Positions 28,107 to 32,000 of a DNA stretch of 32,000 bases are shown here, in pieces. Below the pieces are notes generated by a model, which saw only the letters and a program-made list of their open reading frames with translations, ran no database searches and was not told where the DNA came from. The stretch's first letter is position 1, and each line of letters begins with the position of its first letter. The DNA lies in the NCBI GenBank assembly GCA_030533405.1, contig JAUNJF010000013.1:31755-63754 (forward strand), given 5' to 3'. The position numbers and the translations under genes were made by a program. This stretch comes from Eubacteriales bacterium (GTDB lineage: Bacteria; Bacillota; Clostridia; Lachnospirales; Lachnospiraceae).

Positions 28107-30068
28107 ATGCAGGGATCTTATGTTTCAAAGATAACCAAGGAATTTATGAAAGTAATTCGTGTGTTGCTTATTGTTGTAGCTGTGATAACAGTTGTTATTA
28201 CAACGATTATGTCAGTTAAGTTAGGAAATTATAAGCTGGAGAGCAATGCAAAGAGTTATACGGATCAGGTAAATAACAATTTAAGTGGTGCAATTGCACA
28301 GTTGAATAATTTGGTAAATATGGTAGAAACCAAACAGACAAGTGGTAATCGACAAACATTGGTTTGCTTGAATAATGTTATGGAAAGCGGAGACAGTATA
28401 TCGGCAGCATATCTAGCGAAGGAAAATGGTGAAGTTGCAATCAGTGGGGAGATTGCAATTCCAGAGGATTTTGACTGTGCGTCTGCAGATTGGTTTGTGG
28501 GTGCAAAGGAATTAAATGAGGGATTTTATGTATCAGAACCATATATAGATCCTAAAACAGGGAATGTATGTATTACATTATCAAAAAAAGTATTTCAAAA
28601 TAATATATGTACGATATGTGCAGTTGATTTGTATGAGGATAATATTAAATGTCTTTTACAAAATGACAATGCAACAGATGGTTATGCATTTTTAATGTCA
28701 GCACAGGATACTATTTTGATTCATCCAAGTGAGAAGGTAACATTGACAGAAAATCAAATGGTTTCGTTAAAAGATGCTTTCGATGGAAAATATGCAAAGA
28801 TAAAAAAAGTAGATGCAAAATATACAGTGAGTGATTATGCATCAGGAAGAAAGATGGCAATGGCAAAAGAAGTGCCATTGAGTGGTTGGAAGGTTGTTTA
28901 TATGACAAAAGCAAGTAGTGTTGTTGTTCTTCCAATCGTTGTACTTATTTTCTTTGTTGCATTATATTTTGGTGGTATGAAGGCGATGAATATATACTGC
29001 AATAAGGAAATGAATCGTTGGTTTAAACCGCTTGCATCAATCAGTGAAAAAGTGACAGAGATTGCAAAGGGTAATCTGGATGTTACTTTTGATGAAGAAG
29101 TTGTGTCAGAAGAGATTGCAATGTTGACGATATCTTTGAATGATACCATTACACAGTTGAAAACATATATAGGAGATATTAGCTTGGTTGTGAATAATAT
29201 TTCTAACAATAATTTGGATGTTAGTTCGACTGTTGAGTATCAGGGTGCATTTATAGCAATACAAAATGGATTGAATTCTATTATTGATAAATTAAATATG
29301 GCATTTTCACAGGTAAATGAGCAGTCTAATATTGTTGTTAATTTTTCGGGACAGGTTCAGGAAAGTACAATGCAGGTTGCAGAAGGTGCGAATGAGCAGA
29401 ATCTTGCAATTCAACGTTTTGCATCGAATATTACAGTATTGTCAGAGCAGATTCAATTGATTACACAAAATGCAGAAGCTGCAAGTCTTGTATCTGAAAC
29501 AACGAATAAGCAATTAGCACTCGGTAATGAAGAAATGAGTTCTTTATTGGAGGCTATGCGTACGATTGAGGAAACATCTCAAAAAATTGGAGAAATTATT
29601 ACAACGATAAGTGATATTTCAGAGGAAACAAATTTGTTAGCCTTGAATGCATCTATTGAGGCTGCCAGAGCAGGTGAAGCTGGAAAAGGTTTTGCCGTTG
29701 TTGCAGATGAGATTAGTAAATTGGCGACAGCATCCGCCGATGCAACGGAGAATATTACAAAATTGATTGAAAATTCAATGAAAGCAGTTGAAATAGGAAA
29801 GAATCTTGCAGATCGAACATCTGCGACGTTGCAGACTGGTATTGCGAATTCATTAAAATCAAATGAAGATATCATGCAAATTACAGAGTATGTTAAAAAT
29901 CAGGCTGAGGCAATTGAGTCAATCAAGACAAGTATTCAGGATATTGCAACAATTATTGATTCCAATGCAGCAACTTCTCAGGAAAATGCAGCCATTAGTG
30001 ACGAGTTGATTAATTGTGCAAATGCATTAAAGGATACTGTTGATGTATATAATCTTCGTGTAGAATAG
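28107..30068 (+). CDS. methyl-accepting chemotaxis protein (Cache-like sensor, HAMP, MA domains)
   Basis: Two TM segments flank an extracytoplasmic domain of about 240 aa with Cache-like blocks ([25 protein letters not shown]). The highly conserved signalling hairpin [35 protein letters not shown] is present. Confidence 0.92.
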   Translation: MQGSYVSKITKEFMKVIRVLLIVVAVITVVITTIMSVKLGNYKLESNAKSYTDQVNNNLSGAIAQLNNLVNMVETKQTSGNRQTLVCLNNVMESGDSISAAYLAKENGEVAISGEIAIPEDFDCASADWFVGAKELNEGFYVSEPYIDPKTGNVCITLSKKVFQNNICTICAVDLYEDNIKCLLQNDNATDGYAFLMSAQDTILIHPSEKVTLTENQMVSLKDAFDGKYAKIKKVDAKYTVSDYASGRKMAMAKEVPLSGWKVVYMTKASSVVVLPIVVLIFFVALYFGGMKAMNIYCNKEMNRWFKPLASISEKVTEIAKGNLDVTFDEEVVSEEIAMLTISLNDTITQLKTYIGDISLVVNNISNNNLDVSSTVEYQGAFIAIQNGLNSIIDKLNMAFSQVNEQSNIVVNFSGQVQESTMQVAEGANEQNLAIQRFASNITVLSEQIQLITQNAEAASLVSETTNKQLALGNEEMSSLLEAMRTIEETSQKIGEIITTISDISEETNLLALNASIEAARAGEAGKGFAVVADEISKLATASADATENITKLIENSMKAVEIGKNLADRTSATLQTGIANSLKSNEDIMQITEYVKNQAEAIESIKTSIQDIATIIDSNAATSQENAAISDELINCANALKDTVDVYNLRVE

Positions 30069-30081
30069 TGTAAATGAATAA

Positions 30082-30122
30082 AATAAGCTGTCATGTGAAT
30101 TCATGTGGCAGCTTATTTGTTT
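30082..30122 (+). terminator. rho-independent terminator after the chemoreceptor gene
   Basis: AATAAGCTGTCATGT pairs with ACATGTGGCAGCTTATT around a GAATTC loop (30082-30117), followed by TGTTTG. Confidence 0.6.
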
Positions 30123-30203
30123 GAGAAAATATTTTGTATAAGTATTTTAATTAATGAACAATGATGGAACATTATATAGATTGCTTATATGAGAAAGGGT
30201 ATT

Positions 30204-31082
30204 ATGGAATATTATTCGTTAAATCAATATATGAAAGATGTTTTTGGACAAAAGGTTTATAAAATTGCATTAGATGCAGGGTTTACATGTCCGAATCGAG
30301 ATGGCACATTGGGAACAGGTGGCTGTATTTTTTGCTCTGGAAGTGGATCGGGTGATTTTGCACAACATCGTGAAAAATCCATTACGGAACAGATTGAACA
30401 AGGAAAAGAACGTGTAAAAAATAAAATTCATACAGGCAAATATATGGCGTATTTTCAAGCATTTACGAATACATATGCACCAGTAGAACATTTAAAGATG
30501 ATTTATGAAGAGGCAATAAGGCATCCAGATATTGTTGGCATTTCGATTGCAACCAGACCCGATTGTTTATCTGATGAGGTGATAGAATTATTGGCATGTT
30601 TGAATCAGAAAAAACCAGTGTGGGTTGAGTTGGGATTGCAGACGATTCATGAAAAAACGGCATCTTACATACGTAGAGGATATGCATTAGAGGTGTATGA
30701 TGATGCAGTATATAGATTGAAGAAAAAAGAATTGACGGTGATTACCCATGTGATTTTGGGTTTGCCAGAGGAAACAAAAGAGCAAATGCTTCAGACTGTA
30801 GAATATGTGTGTGATAGAGGAATAGATGGAATAAAATTACAATTATTACATGTGATTCGAGGTACCGATTTAGAAAAAGATTATTTAAAAAATAAATTTG
30901 ATGTATTATCCATGGATGCGTATATAGATATCGTTGTTGCGTGTATTGCAAAGTTGCCATCTAATGTAGTGGTTCATCGTATGACAGGAGATGGAAATCG
31001 GAGAACATTAGTTGCTCCTATGTGGAGTACAAATAAAAAGAAAGTATTAAACGAACTAAAGAAAAAAATTGAAGCATATTAG
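30204..31082 (+). CDS. TIGR01212-family radical SAM protein (YtqA-like)
   Basis: YKIALDAGFTCPNRDGTLGTGGCIFCS is the family's unusual Cys cluster. ELGLQT and a TIM-barrel-like remainder follow. I chose the start at 30204 (MEYYSLNQY). The track ORF starts at 30189. Confidence 0.85.
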   Translation: MEYYSLNQYMKDVFGQKVYKIALDAGFTCPNRDGTLGTGGCIFCSGSGSGDFAQHREKSITEQIEQGKERVKNKIHTGKYMAYFQAFTNTYAPVEHLKMIYEEAIRHPDIVGISIATRPDCLSDEVIELLACLNQKKPVWVELGLQTIHEKTASYIRRGYALEVYDDAVYRLKKKELTVITHVILGLPEETKEQMLQTVEYVCDRGIDGIKLQLLHVIRGTDLEKDYLKNKFDVLSMDAYIDIVVACIAKLPSNVVVHRMTGDGNRRTLVAPMWSTNKKKVLNELKKKIEAY

Positions 31083-31145
31083 ATGTTCGAAATAAAAAAA
31101 TACTTGTAAAATGAATAGGATAGGATATACAATAGTAACATAGTG

Positions 31146-31159
31146 TGTGAATTTTCACA
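31146..31159. promoter_or_regulatory. near-palindromic candidate operator upstream of the sugar kinase gene
   Basis: TGTGAATTTTCACA is an imperfect 14-nt palindrome in the style of LacI/CRP-family sites. It lies 29 nt upstream of the kinase ATG. Confidence 0.25.
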
Positions 31160-31187
31160 ACAAAAGATTATTTGATGGAGGTTTGAT

Positions 31188-32000
31188 ATGAGTAATAAAG
31201 CATTGATTGAGGCAGGTAAGGCATCATTAGGTATTGAATTCGGATCTACAAGAATTAAAGCTGTATTGATTGGTGAAAATCATGAGACATTGGCTTCAGG
31301 AAGTCATGGATGGGAAAATAGATTAGATCAGGGCATATGGACATATACCTTGGAAGATGTTTGGGGTGGCTTGCAGGATTGCTATGCAAGTTTATTAAAG
31401 GATGTTAAGGAAAAATATGATGTTACAATTACATCATTAAAGGCAATTGGTTTTTCTGCTATGATGCATGGATATATGGCATTTGATAAAGAAGGGGAAT
31501 TATTAGTTCCATTTCGTACATGGCGTAATACAATAACAGAGGAAGCAGCAGAAAAGTTAACAGAGGCATTTCGCTTTAATGTTCCACAAAGATGGAGTAT
31601 TTCACATCTTTATCAGGCAATTCTAAATGGAGAAGAACACGTTAAGAATATTGCATTTTTTACAACTTTAGCTGGTTATGTGCATTGGAAGCTGACAGGA
31701 GAAAAAGTACTTGGTGTTGGTGACGCATCAGGTATGTTTCCGATTGATAGTGTAGCTGGTGATTATGATGCTACTATGTTAGAAACTTTTGGTAAATTGA
31801 TTGCAGATAAGAAATTTGGTTGGAATATTCAGGAGATTCTTCCTAAGGTTTTATCAGCAGGTGAAAATGCTGGTGCATTGACACAGGAGGGTGCCAAATT
31901 GTTAGATGTATCTGGTCAGTTGCAGGCTGGCATTCCAGTATGTCCACCAGAAGGTGATGCAGGAACAGGTATGGTTGCCACAAACAGTGTTGGTGTAAGA
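31188..32000 (+). CDS. FGGY-family carbohydrate kinase (xylulokinase-like), 3'-partial
   Basis: The frame is open from the ATG at 31188 (SD GGAGG 7 nt upstream) to the window end, so it is not in the ORF track. Hand translation gives [29 protein letters not shown]...[12 protein letters not shown]...VPFRTWRN...[25 protein letters not shown], typical of an FGGY N-terminal domain. Confidence 0.8.
   Translation, partial: MSNKALIEAGKASLGIEFGSTRIKAVLIGENHETLASGSHGWENRLDQGIWTYTLEDVWGGLQDCYASLLKDVKEKYDVTITSLKAIGFSAMMHGYMAFDKEGELLVPFRTWRNTITEEAAEKLTEAFRFNVPQRWSISHLYQAILNGEEHVKNIAFFTTLAGYVHWKLTGEKVLGVGDASGMFPIDSVAGDYDATMLETFGKLIADKKFGWNIQEILPKVLSAGENAGALTQEGAKLLDVSGQLQAGIPVCPPEGDAGTGMVATNSVGVR

Overview
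This window looks like a low-GC Firmicutes/Clostridia chromosomal core region. The organism is possibly a motile, spore-forming, Lachnospiraceae-like bacterium, but that taxon is a guess from gene content. I call about 30 protein genes plus one tRNA, and nearly all are housekeeping. In order they are: a 5'-partial SPFH/stomatin protein, an AI-2E transporter, a small DUF4250-like ORF (minus strand, absent from the ORF track), argJ, an OPT oligopeptide transporter, pepD and ispF. These are followed by an Eis-like GNAT, cysS, mrnC, rlmB, a small DUF4177-like ORF (absent from the track), tRNA-Thr(GGU) on the minus strand, a MetRS-family gene, and sigH on the minus strand co-transcribed with a low-complexity membrane protein. 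Next come a DUF2225-like zinc-ribbon protein, a YiiX/C92-like hydrolase, a Cys/His-rich protein on the minus strand, CIRCE-groES-groEL, a CmpB-like membrane protein, a 77-aa hypothetical, queH and carAB. The window ends with fabV/TER, a Cache-HAMP chemoreceptor, a TIGR01212 radical SAM protein and a 3'-partial FGGY sugar kinase. I found no transposase, integrase, phage gene, CRISPR array, toxin-antitoxin pair or recognisable defence gene. Composition looks uniform, so I do not see an accessory island or a convincing novel multi-gene system. The items most worth a second look are: (1) a MetRS-family enzyme whose KMSKS loop reads KASSS; (2) an acidic/low-complexity single-pass membrane protein translationally adjacent upstream of sigH; (3) a protein with an internally duplicated CxxC-N33/34-CxxH module, convergent with and overlapping a YiiX-like gene; (4) a nested inverted-repeat element in the groEL 3' intergenic region; (5) a hairpin plus T10 run in the carA leader; (6) an argJ terminator stem that contains the Shine-Dalgarno of the downstream OPT transporter; (7) a Cys-rich C-terminal tail on IspF. 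All product calls come from by-eye motif recognition. No database search was run.
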